Made by a program: the position numbers and the translations under genes
NCBI RefSeq assembly: GCF_006345805.1
Contig: NC_043022.1
Location: 11,842,001 to 11,906,000 of the forward strand
From: Octopus sinensis
Lineage: Eukaryota
DNA length: 64,000 nucleotides
Direction of reading: 5' to 3'
Part shown: positions 52,067 through 64,000 of the stretch, one piece after another
How positions within the stretch are numbered: the first letter of the stretch is position 1
How the letters are laid out: each line of letters starts with the position of its first letter
The notes under the pieces: generated by a model
What the model was told of the DNA's origin: nothing
What the model saw: only the letters and a program-made list of their open reading frames with translations
The model's database searches: none

Positions 52067-52450
52067 ATCATCATCATCATCATCATCATCGTTTAACGTC
52101 CGTTCTCCATGCTAGCATGGGTTGGAGGGTTCAACCGGAGATCTGGGAAGCCAGAAGGCTGCACCAGGCTCCGGTCTTATCTGGCAATGTTTCTACAGCT
52201 GGATGCCCTTACTAACGCCAACCACTCCGTGAGTGTAGTGGGTGCTTTTTACGTGCCACCTGCACTGGTGCCAGGCGAGGTGAAGCTGGCATCGGCCACG
52301 GTCGGATTGGTGCATTTTATGGAAGCCAGTCGAGGCGGCACTGGCTTCGGCTACAATTCGGATGGTGCTTTTTACGTGCCACCGACACAGAAGCCAGTCG
52401 AGGCGGCACTGGTATCGGCCACAATTCGGATGGTGCATTTTATGGAAGCC
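52067..52450 (-). mobile_element. SINE family C inside the R4/Dong relic
   Basis: Family match. Confidence 0.85.
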
Positions 52451-52825
52451 TTCTTCTGTATAAAATGGAAACAAGGAGGCAGAGGCTTAACATCACTCCA
52501 GACTGCCTTTGAATGTCACATCATATCCCTTCATCATCATCTTTTAACCACCAAGTGTCAGAGTACATCCCTTGACCAGGTTTACATACATGAGGAAAAT
52601 CCCAAGATACTTGGAAAGCAGCTCCTTAACAAAGATTCCCAGTTTGATAACCTTGAATACATAATCAAAGCAATCGATGACAAACCAATAACTGCATCAC
52701 TAACTCTCACTTTGAAGGGGGTGCATTTGCAGTTCAGGGACAGGAAATAGCAACCAAATTCCTGATGCAGAAAAGGGGGGCACAGATGCAGAAAAAACAG
52801 CAAAATGTGATACCTGATGCACACC

Positions 52826-53233
52826 TTACTCTTACTCTTACTCTTTTACTTGTTTCAGTCATTTGACTGCGGCCATGCTGGAGCACCACCTTTAATCGAG
52901 CAACTCGACCCCGGGACTTATTCTTTTGTAAGCCCAGTACTTATTCTATCGGTCTCTTTTGCCGAACCGCTAAGTAACGGGGACATAAACACACCAGCAT
53001 CGGTTGTCAAGCAATGCTAGAGGGACAAATACAAACACACAAACACACACACGCATATATATATATACATATATACGACGGGCTTCTTTTCAGTTTCCAT
53101 CTACCAGTTTCCATCTACCAAGGCTTTGGTCGGCCCAAGGCTATAGTAGAAGACTCTTGCCCAAGGTGCCACGCAGTGGGACTGAACCCCGAACCATGTG
53201 GTTGGTAAACAAGCTACTTACCACACAGCCACT
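52826..53233 (-). mobile_element. SINE family A inside the R4/Dong zinc knuckle
   Basis: Family match. Confidence 0.9.
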
Positions 53234-53477
53234 GTGGAGTTAACACCAAAGATATCACCCACATCATAAGCAGTTGTCTGAAAATGTCATCAGATTATTA
53301 TCTAATAATAAGAGATGATGCTGTAGCTGAGACATTGTACAAAAGAAAAAAAGGTAAAGGTTACTTTTTTGAGTCATATCATCTCATAAAGCCAGTTTCC
53401 TGGTTTTCATCATCATCATTGTTTAACGTCTGCTTTCCATGCCGGCATGGGTTGGACGATTTGATATATATACACAC

Positions 53478-53549
53478 ACTAGCAGGAGTACCCCTAGTAA
53501 CCTTTTGCAGAACTCTAGCGTTTCGGGGAACCCTGGTTGAGAAACACTG
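53478..53549 (-). mobile_element. hAT-type MITE terminus
   Basis: Minus strand starts CAGTGTTTCTCAACCAGGGTTCC. Confidence 0.5.
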
Positions 53550-54364
53550 ATGTAGACAATAACACAGAATGTAGCAGGAGAGAGATATCCAAGAGTTATG
53601 AGCTAGATATGAGTCCAACCCCCTTAGAATGTAAAGAGTTAAGGGCTTAAACACTTGAGTGTGTGTGTTGGGGGAACATCTCTGAAAAACCTTCTGTTGT
53701 TCAGCTCTCCCTAGAGTTCATTACAACTTAGATATTTATATGTACATAAATAAATAAGTATAAACATATGTGTGTGTATATGTGTATGCGAATGTGTATA
53801 TATATATATATATATATGCATGAGTGAGTTTGTAAGAAGAGGTGTTGATAGTATATGTATGCCTCTGTAAACAGATGTTAATGTGTAAGTATGTGTGTGG
53901 TATAACACCTGATGTAGATATGTATCTCTACCTGTGTGTATATGTGTGTTGTAGAATAAGAAATAGTAAGTCCAACAATAGCATTCACCCCAAAATGGGA
54001 CTGCCACATTTGGTTGGCAAAAAAAATCGTTACCATTGGTACAGTATTGTATATTTGAAAAATATAATAATTTATAAACATTTAATCATTAAAATGGGAA
54101 AATATCAGAAAAGCCATTTCTAATCTTTTCATATATAGAGAGAGAGAGAGATTGCTCTACATTTTAAAATTGATGTAATATTTGCATTGTTCAATTAAAT
54201 GGAGTCGCATGAAACGATCGTACTGCATTACCTCTGGATATCCTTGTTACTTATTTTGATTATAATCACCCCATTTTGAATTATATGGATAATACCACAC
54301 TAAATTCTGGTGCCTTCAACTTAAGTACCATATTCATCTGAATCTAAATTTTACTGAACTATAT

Positions 54365-54765
54365 ATATTCTTTCTTTTTTTATTCTTTTACTTGTTTCAG
54401 CCATTTGACTGTGGCCATGCTGGAGCACCGCCTTTAGTCGAGCAAATCGACCCCGGGACTTATTCTTTGTAAGCCCTGTACTTATTCTATTGGTCTCTTT
54501 TGCCGAACCGCTAAGTAACGGGGACGTAAACACACCAGCATCAGTTGTCAAGCAATGCTAGGGGGACAAATACATACACACACATACATATATATACATA
54601 TATACGACAGGCTTCTTTCAGTTTCCGTCTACCAAATCCACTCACAAGGCATTGGTTGGCCCAGGGCTATAGCAGAAGACACTTGCCCAAGATGCCACAC
54701 AGTGGGACTGAACCCGGAACCATGTGGTTGGTTAGCAAGCTACTTACCACACAGCCACTCCTGTG
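54365..54765 (-). mobile_element. SINE family A, full length
   Basis: Family match. Confidence 0.9.
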
Positions 54766-55774
54766 CCTATATATATATAGGGGCTCAACCATATATATAT
54801 ATATATATATACCAGGGTGAAATGTGGGTGGTGGTATAGCTGGAAATATGGTGGTATGGTAGGAAAGGGGGTTTTGTGTGACAGGGGGAAGAGCTATAGT
54901 TGGTATAACAGGAAAGGTAGTAGGGGTTTAGTGTGGGTGGGATGTGAGGCTGGAAGGTGTTGGCGTAAAGGTAAAAGCAAATTAGAAACCTGGGGATTGT
55001 GGTGAGGGGGGAAGCCTTGAAAAAAGAAGTGTTTATGTAACAGGGAAGATGTAGGGGGTTGTAGAAACAGGGAAGATGTTGGAACTTGGAGTGAGGAGAA
55101 GAGGAGGGGTGAGAGGGAAGGAAGGACAGTTAGGGGTCGTTATATAGTAAGGATAACAAGCAGCAAACAGGATGTTTACCATAAATTTATGTATATGTGT
55201 GTATAAATGCATATGCATGTATATATGCATGTGTGTGTGTGTATATATATATATATATAGGTATATATGTGTGTGTGTACACACATATGCATACGTGCTT
55301 GTGTGGATATTTGTGTACGTGCTTGCATGGGTGCATATGCATGTATGTGTACATGTGTGCATATGTATACGTGTGTGTGTGCGCACCAGACCAGGACTTA
55401 GCTGGGACTAAACAGCATTGACAACAACAAAAAAAGGACCCGTTAGATGCTGTACTCCTAGATACACTATGCCTGAATAAAAGATGGGTAGGTCACAGCT
55501 GGAGTATCTTCTCATCATAGATCTGCTAGACCAGGGCTGACCTGGGGTTAAACAACAAAACAAAGAACACATTAGAACATAGTCCTAGATACACTATGCC
55601 TAAATGAAAGATGGGATAGTCATGGCTGGAATACACTTGATCATAGGTCTACTAGAGCATGGTTGACCTAGGGTTAAACTCCATAGCCACCAAATCAGTG
55701 AATCGTGTACAGTTTTTCAGTTGACTTCCTTTGCACCCCATGCCTGCTTCCAGTATATTTTTTTACCATTTCTG

Positions 55775-56300
55775 ACGAAACCCCAGCCAGATATTTCAAG
55801 ATGGGGGTTCCATTATATATCTTCCATATGAAACAGCCTTCATTCAAATATTTTCATGACAAATCAACACTATGTTACATAGCCTCCGTGTGTAATGGTC
55901 CCCAGCCAAATATTTCAACATATAACCAACCCCATGTTACATATTACTCCATGTGTGACAATCCCCAGTGAAATATTTCACGATACAACCAACCCATGAT
56001 ACATATTACTCCATGTGTGACAATCCCCATTCAAATATTTCATGATACAACCAGCCTCACATGATTTATTCCTCCATGTATGACAAACCCTAGTCAAATA
56101 TTCAACATATAGCCAGCCCCATGTAACATACTCTTCCATGTACAACCCTTCCCAGTCAAATATTTTAATGTGTAGCTATCCCCATGTTATATATCCCATG
56201 AAAGATAATCCCCAGTCAAATATTTCAGGGTGTAACCAACCCCATCTTATGTATTACACCATGAGCAACAACCCCCAGTCAAATATTTCATGTTATAACT
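55775..56300. repeat. Degenerate minisatellite of about 62 bp (about 9 units)
   Basis: CCCCAGTCAAATATTTCA-like core near 55790, 55846, 55908, 55971, 56033, 56096, 56158, 56218 and 56281. Confidence 0.85.
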
Positions 56301-57219
56301 AATTCCCAGTTAATTGTTTTATAAGTTTATATAAGTTTTAATTTTGTCATTAATGTCCCCCATATAAACATCACAAACCAGTGTTGTAAGCTGACAATCT
56401 TGCATAACAACATGGATTATGTCAGTGGTACAGACACAGTGAGAAGGTAGCACACACACATATAAACACACACACGCACACACTATTTTATACGCACGTA
56501 CACACATACACGTTACTAAATATACAACAAACCATGACAACATGCACATACACGTACATAATTAAACACAAACATACATTAGTAACACAACGGTTATATA
56601 CATACACATAAATCATTACAAAACATGATGATACACACACATACATAGACGACTACATAACTACACATACACACGCATGTGATTACATACTAACACACAT
56701 GTACATAATTCAGACCATGAGGGAGGGGGTGGAGGATGAGGGCCAGACAGAGACAGTGAGGGACAGAGAGAGAGAGAGGGAGAGTGAGAGAGACAATCAG
56801 ACAGAAAGAGATGAGGGACAGACAGAAAGAGAGTGAGAGACAGACAGAAAGAGAGGGAGGGACAGACAGGCAAAGAGAGAAAGAGGGTGAAAGACAGGGA
56901 GACAGATAGACAGAGAGGGGGGCGGGGCAGAGAAGAACGGGTATTTCGTAAAGGGCAACGGTAGAGGGATAGTAAGAGATAGGAGAGCCAGACATAGCTT
57001 ACCCCCTCCCCTCTCTATCTTCTATGTAAACACCAGAAATTTCTCATTCCCCCCCCACCACCACCATTAATGATATTCAAGGGGGTTGAGCCCCTATGCG
57101 ACCACTCAAGTGGCTAGAAATAGCAGCCAAATCTCCTCCTCCAAATCTTGGACAATTTGGACAGCGCGGTCTGAAAATGACATTTGAAAGACAAACATGG
57201 TCAAGATTCAAACATCTTT

Positions 57220-57612
57220 AGGCGTGGCTGTGTGGTAAGAAGCTTGCTTCCACACCACACGGTCCCGGGTTCAGCCCCACTGCGTGGCACCTTGGGCAAG
57301 TGTCTTCTTCTCCTATAGCCTCGGACCGACCAAAGCCTTGTGAGTGGATTTGGTAGACGGAAACTGAAAGAAGCCCGTCGTATGTACACATATGTCTACT
57401 GTGTATGTCTTTGTGTCCCACGACCGCTTGACAACGAGTGTTTGTGTTTTTACGCCCCCGTATATAAGCGTTTTGGCAAAGACACCGATAGAATAAGTAC
57501 TAGGCTTTAAAAAAAGGCCCTGGTGTTGATTTGTCCGGCAAAACCCCTTCAAGGCGGGGCTCCAGCATGGCCGCAGTCAAATGAATGACACAAGTGAAAG
57601 ATTAAAAGATTG
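57220..57612 (+). mobile_element. SINE family A
   Basis: Family match. Confidence 0.85.
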
Positions 57613-57639
57613 AATATATAAATACATATATATACATTT

Positions 57640-57955
57640 GAAAGACAAAATCGCATCACATAACGACAATACGGCACAACTATTTCACCTCAATTGGACC
57701 CGCTCTCTTCAACATTACACCAGGACACGTCAAAAAAGAAACTGACCACACAAAATTCAAGAAGTCTTTGGACAAATTCCTTCAAACAGTACCGGACAAA
57801 CCACCCACACCCGGATATGTCTCCGCAAACAATAACTCTCTGCTCGAATGGGCCTTGGTGCCCAAATCCTGAACTGAAAGACTTCGCCAGGTGGTGCTAT
57901 TAAGTTAGACATGGCCTGGGCCAATACTGGCCAAAAACCTTTCTAAGTTATTCTA
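57640..57955 (+). mobile_element. CR1-group LINE 3' end, third family
   Basis: 57648-57872 reads TIRHNYFTSIGPALFN..FKKSLDKFLQTVPDKPPTPGYVSANNNSLLEW..*. Confidence 0.8.
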
Positions 57956-58011
57956 TACATCACACACACTGAGTATGCATGTGTATATGCATGTATATAC
58001 GCATGTTTACA

Positions 58012-58014
<3 letters not shown>

Positions 58015-58064
<50 letters not shown>

Positions 58065-58171
58065 GTACATACATGTACATACATATATATACATACATAC
58101 ATACATACATATATACATACTACATATATATACATACATGTACATACATATATATACATACATACATATAT

Positions 58172-58202
<31 letters not shown>

Positions 58203-58665
58203 CATACATATATATACATACATACATGTACATACATATATATATACGTATATATATATATACATACATGTATATACATACATATATATATATACATACA
58301 TGTATATACATACATGTACATACATACATATATATACATACATGTACATACATACATATATACATACATGTACATACATACATATACATACATACATGTA
58401 CATACATACATATACATACATACATGTACATACATACATATATATACATACATACATATATATACATATACACATACATACATATATATACATACATACA
58501 TACATATATACACATACATACATACACACATATATACACATACATACATACACACATATATATACACATACATACATACATACATATATATATACACATA
58601 CATACATACATACATACATACATACATACACACATATATACACATACATATATATATATATATAT
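58015..58665. repeat. (TACA)n/(TA)n satellite
   Basis: Direct inspection. Confidence 0.95.
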
Positions 58666-59414
58666 CGTCAATGTATCAAATATCCGAAAAAGAAGTACAC
58701 TCAACTATTTAATTAATTTTAAGACAGACAGACAGTACATATATACGTAAGTACGCACATACATATACACACACACACACACAGGAAATACGTGTGAGTG
58801 TGAAGTTGTAAACTTTCCAAACCGTTACTTTTCTGTAATATATTTTTCCAATGTAAGATTATATTACAAAAACTGGCCGTCCTTGTTCTACTCTTCATCG
58901 TCGCCCGAAAAATCGGAAACGTGAAACTCAGTAAAGAGTTAGTGCTGTTTTCAGCTTCTAATAAACTGTAACTCAACATTTCGTATTGCGTACTCTCTTT
59001 TACCTCTTAATTGCGCAATTTCTATGCTAAAACATAAACATACAAGCAGTTTTAGAATAACAATCCCTCGAAGTTCCAAACCTCTTGAGAAAAGTGTAGT
59101 GTTTTTTTTGTATTTTTAATATTCCTCTTTCATACAAGAGTTGGTTTGGGTTGGTGGGGTTTTTTATGCCGATAATTTCGATGATGTTTTAAAAAAATAT
59201 TTTTGCCCTTCTTGCGCCAGCTACTTCAGTTTCCTTTCCCATGTGTGACATGTGGGACTTCGAGGGGCAACTATTTCAAAACTCCACGCCCCTCTACACA
59301 CACACACATAAATACACGAACATATGTATACATACATGCATAAGTACATACCAACACACACACATTATATATATATATATATATTATTATTATTATTATT
59401 ATTATTATATGTAG

Positions 59415-59718
59415 AAAAATACAAACTGGGACAAGAACGCAAAACACTTAGAAGACGATACAAAAAACACGGACGGGACATTCGAAGCCCTCAATCTTCA
59501 GTCAAGAACCGGATCATCGTAGCAATTTCGGCTGATTATATATATATATATATTATAACAAAGGGTAAAATTAATTAATTAAGAAGTAATCAATAATTTC
59601 ACCAAGTAGAATTCGGCATGAAAAAAAGGACCATTTCACGGTAAACTTAAGTAATACTTAATAATTAGGGTTCAGCAAAGATTTGCTTTACTACATACCG
59701 AAGTTTAGAAATAGCAGC

Positions 59719-59776
<58 letters not shown>

Positions 59777-59996
59777 CTTAAAGTTAGATAAGGCCGGTTA
59801 ATGGGATTATTTTAGCGAAACTGAGAGGCCTTAAGCAAACAGGGTTTTGGATCTGATGAAACGCCATAAAGCTAAACCCTTTACGGACGTGAAACCTGAG
59901 GTAACCCCATAAACCGGCCTTATCAAACTTTAATATATACTGCTCTATAACTTGGAGTGTGCTTCTTTTTTCGGATTCATGTTTTTATGGACTATA
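59415..59996. mobile_element. Composite of TA-separated Penelope-like modules including a hammerhead
   Basis: Modules recur at 35600 and 12087; the third module contains the hammerhead and a 28-bp inverted repeat. Confidence 0.55.
59843..59915 (+). ncRNA. Type I hammerhead ribozyme motif with long stem II
   Basis: CTGATGA 59853-59859, stem II 59861-59890, GAAA 59891-59894, stem III ACC/tga/GGT, GTA cleavage triplet 59901-59903, imperfect stem I. Confidence 0.7.
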
Positions 59997-62339
59997 AATA
60001 TATGTATATATATAAAATGACTACCCCACAATTGTCAACTATATAATACGCAAACGAGAACAAAACAAATGGAATTCTTTTCTTTTTTTCTTTTTTGACA
60101 ATGTACAAAAACTAGGCAAGAGGAAGAAAAATCGGTGTTAGCAAATGAGTCATTAACTATCTGTATGTATTACTGGTATTTCTTTGGAAATTGGTCTATG
60201 ACCAACCACTACAGTAAAACCCAAGGACATAGCCGACGGAAAGGAGTAGAAGGACTGTAACAGCATCCAGGCTAAGATCATGCGCTGTCTACCCCCGGTG
60301 CCTTAATACCGGCGGGCGGGAGCATCTTTATGGTCAATCATCACTCGATGTTCTAGAATCATCAAAATCAACTATTCACATGCCTGCTGTCTGAAAGAAA
60401 GGGGGAAAAACGGGGGTGAGAAACATTGGCTCTTGTTGTCCAACACGTACCATGTTTGACCAAAAAGATGGTCACAATAGGAATACGTTCAAAGTAAGCC
60501 TGCTGGATCAAGGGTAACCTGGGGTTTAAACACTGACAATAATCGTAATAATTGTTTCTAATTCAGGAACAGGGTTAGCTATTTTAAGAGGAGGGGACTT
60601 GGTCGATTAAATCGACTCTTTATATGACTGGTACTTTATTTAATCGAACCCTGAGTGGGATGATGGAAAGAGTGGAGTTAACCTCCAAGCCCAGATTTGA
60701 ACTCAGCACAATTCTGACTGTGCCCTTTATAACAAGAACACATCAGCATCTACCAGGTTGATTCAAGCTGCTAGAAATAACAACCAAATCTAGCTGACAT
60801 TCTTAAATAAGGGACGCATTGTCTAATGCAACCCGACATATTCCTCTAAAATGGATGGGGCGGTCACGGTTGGAACACGTTTAATCATCGGTTAGTTCAG
60901 TTAAGGTTGGCTTGGATCTAAATGACTAACAACAAGGAAAGGAAGACGTTAGTAAGTTGTTGTAATATAACATCTTTCACTTATATTTCGATGATAAGAA
61001 AAGGGTCTGCGTACAGGCGCCACAAATTTTGCAGGACAGACCAACGCATTAGCTGACTCTATAACCCGTTCCGTCCCAACTCCCTCAGTATATAACTGGT
61101 ACATACTTTACCGATACCTGTATAATTGTAAAGCAAAGTCGGTTCCACTTAACCGGGCAGGATTTCAATTAAGCGTAAGAAAAAAAAAGAAACAGTAAAT
61201 GAACAGATTTAATTTGCTGTAAAACACAAGTGCCCGATTTGACACGCACATTCTAATTGCTTTGATAAATTCTTACATACAAATTACCTCGTAGATTTTC
61301 GTGTCTTTTTTTTTTAATTTAATAAGGAGGGAGAACATATGATTAAGTGACATTCATGCCTTTTCTATTCATGAATGTCATTAAGAACATCAATATGAAA
61401 ACTGTATAGAAAATAACTTTTAATTAATACTTACCCAACATCGGTAAACAGAAGTTAGATGTTTCTCTCGCTGTCTCTCTCTCTACACACACATACATAT
61501 ATATATGTGTGGGTGTGTATATTTATATATATATATTCATATGTTTATGAATATGTGTGTATGTGACTTCTTTAACGAAGGTAAGACACCAACTGGAAAC
61601 TAGTTAACGTGTTCTTATAACACACCCCACCTTAGGTGGAAGACAAAATGCCCGCTAACTGATAGGTGTGTGTGAGAGAATATATATATATTTATATATA
61701 AATATAAACAGACAGTCTGCCGGATAAGATAGAGAAGACTGTTGTAGATAAATAGATAGTTGTATATCGTTATAAATGGCTTAGATAGATTGAAAGGCAG
61801 AGAGAGTGGGGAGTTAGCGAGTCAGATGCAGTTGTAGGTGGAGAGAAAGAGTGATATATAGAGGGAGGAAGATAGTTAGTCAGGTAATAACGGGAGGGGG
61901 GAGATAGACAGAAAGATACAGAAATAGAGAGAGAAAGAGAGAGAGAGAGATAGTCGGCTGTAGTTATTTAGAAGGCAAGAAATATAATTTGTATTTGTAT
62001 AGGGTGAACAAGGCAGACTGACAGAGAGGTGTAATGCTTTATATATACATATATATATGTGCGTGTGTGTGTATAAAGGGCAAAGCAGTTAAGAAAGCTG
62101 GCGATGAGGGAGGAAGACAAGATGTGGTTAGTGATGGGGCAGACTAGGAAAGCACCTTTCCTCTATCTTTCTTATACACAGACAAACACTACTCTATATC
62201 CATCTCTCTCTCAATGTCTTTTTTCTCTCTCTTTCTCTCATACACAAATACGTTCACTATATATGTATATGTCCCTGTCTATCTATCTATCTCTCTCTCT
62301 CTCTCTCCTCAACTAACAAACACACACATACAATAAACA

Positions 62340-62600
62340 TAACACTAACTTTTCCTTTCGACCATAAAAGGAAGAACATGTACGCTTTGCGTCATTTCCG
62401 GTGAATGGTCGAAAGCTGTCCACTAGGCTATTTTCATCCGTTATCCGTTTCCATCCAAACGGATGAATAGCTTATTCATATTGACAGTCGTCACGTACGC
62501 CTAACAGTAAGCCCAAACCGGCAAGGATGTGAGTTTGTAACCCAGTCCTGATAACCCAATGAAACGTGTTTTAACTTCTACGTATGTAAGCTAGTAATAG
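62340..62600. promoter_or_regulatory. CpG-rich unique segment with ETS/half-CRE composite and two hairpins
   Basis: Minus strand CCGGAAATGACGC (62389-62401); local CpG enrichment seen by eye. Confidence 0.35.
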
Positions 62601-63305
62601 AGAGCGGGTCAGTGTCTCCATCGCAGACCTCCTATAACTGGCACTGGTAATTTTGGAAGTCCAAACCAATTTCAGTTTTCGCTTGAGTGTGTGTGTGTGG
62701 TTAAGAAGTACGCTTTGCAACAACCACGTGGATCTGGATTCAGTCCCACTACGTGGCACCTTAGACATAGCAGTTTGCAAAGGAGACTGATACAATAAGT
62801 ACTAGATCAGCTAAAAAAAATACATAAGTACAGATGACAATTCGTTCAAATATAGCTCTATATAGGCAGTACCCTTGCATGGCCTCAGTCCAATGATAGA
62901 AACAAGTCAAAAATAAAAGGGGTCTGTGTGTGTGTGTACACATATACAAAGAAAGAAAGGAAGGTAGAAGGAAAGAAGTGGGAGAAAAAGTCCTCAAACT
63001 CACTAGTTGTTGGGTCACATCATTGAGAATCTCTCCTGGCAAAAGCTCATCCTTAGCATGACTAGGACCAAATCTCGATGACTGGTCCTTTTATGTCAGG
63101 GTCAGAAAATACTTCGCCCACACACACACACATACCTCAACCCCCAACAATTATTGCTATTCTACAAAGCTCAAGTGAGGCCCATAATGGAGCATCACTC
63201 TCACATCTGAAACAGTGCAGCTGTGTCTGATGCTGCACAAACAGACATCCTAGACACATCGAGAAAAGAGTCACCTAACTATCATCATCATTTATGGACA
63301 TTTAA

Positions 63306-63533
63306 CCCCTTAGTGTTTAAACCGGCCATACCAGGCCAAAATTGTCTTCCTGTTTTATTCTCAAACCAGCCAGCCAGCCAGCTCTGACCTCTCACACCTA
63401 CCCTACAAAGTCATTCTAAAAATAAACAGGAACATCATCAATATCCCAGAGTTACAAGATGCTGTACAATTAATTTAAAACAATGTGATTAAACAGGCTT
63501 TACATTTGACAGAGTAATCTGAATGCTAAAGGG
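63306..63533. mobile_element. piggyBac-type MITE, complete (228 bp)
   Basis: TTAA at 63302-63305 and 63534-63537; imperfect TIRs CCC(C/T)TTAG..TT.A. Confidence 0.85.
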
Positions 63534-63629
63534 TTAATGTTCATCTTCCACGCTGGCATTTGTTGGGTGGTTTGACAGGAACTGGTTAGGCAGAGGATTG
63601 CACCAAGTTCTACTGTCTGTTTTTTTATG

Positions 63630-64000
63630 GCCGGATGCCCTTTCTAATGCTAACCACTTTACAGAGTGAACTGGGTACTTTTTACATGGTACCAGCACCA
63701 GTGAGGTCTGTTTGGCATAATTGTTATAACTGGATGCCCTTCCTAACACCCACCACTTTACAGAGTGAACTGGGTACTTTTTGTATGGTACCAGCACCAG
63801 TGAGGTCTGTTTGGCATAATTGTTATAACTGGATGCCCTTCCTAACACCCACCACTTTACAGAGTGAACTGGGTACTTTTTATATGGTACCAGCACCAGT
63901 CAGGTCTATTTGGTATAATTGGATGCTCTTCCTAACACCCACCACTTTACAGAGTGAACTGGGTACTTTTTATATGGTACCAGCACCAGTCAGGTCTGTT
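63630..64000 (-). repeat. 99-bp tandem array derived from the SINE C core
   Basis: GGATGC(C/T)CT at 63633, 63732, 63831 and 63921; runs off the window. Confidence 0.9.

Larger units (their letters stand above)
51290..53345 (+). mobile_element. R4/Dong-clade LINE relic (RT end to CCHC knuckle) split by three SINEs
   Basis: YRHLGVDENISYD; RKIWTS..HNVF; KTQKILT..NF; KQGGRGL; SHFEG..AFAVQGQEIATK; C-x2-C-x8-H-x4-C rebuilt across the 52826-53233 SINE. Confidence 0.85.

Noticed and set aside
59470-59510. Minus-strand CTGAAGA..TTCGAATGTC (also about 35680-35710) as a hammerhead
   Set aside because: GAAT instead of GAAA and no stem I pairing; at best a decayed or non-canonical motif.
59778-59933. 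TTAA-flanked 28-bp inverted repeat as a piggyBac MITE
   Set aside because: Lacks CCC/GGG termini, the module continues past the right repeat, and it encloses a hammerhead; Penelope-type fold-back fits better.

Overview
AT-rich, repeat-saturated eukaryotic genomic DNA. The repeat families look like those of an octopus (Octopus sp.; inferred from recognition, not searched). There are no prokaryotic genes and no CRISPR array, and nearly all ORFs in the track are microsatellite or SINE artefacts. The only convincing host coding signal is a minus-strand exon (1997-2194) with the first ATG of an unidentified protein, so much of the window may be 5'-UTR intron of that gene. Contents: four SINE families in dozens of copies (called A-D here), a dispersed and tandem family E, CR1, RTE and R4/Dong LINE relics, a Helitron with intact ends, Tc1/mariner, piggyBac and hAT MITEs, and large microsatellites. 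Most interesting: (1) three type I hammerhead-ribozyme motifs in short (TA)n-embedded, Penelope-like modules, with fold-back ends on three such modules; (2) a 331-bp near-perfect palindrome at a CR1 5' junction; (3) a 28S rRNA fragment inside a SINE that also hosts a younger SINE; (4) an R4/Dong ORF split by three SINEs; (5) a CpG-rich double hairpin near 62.4 kb. Coordinates of old repeats are approximate (about 10-20 bp).
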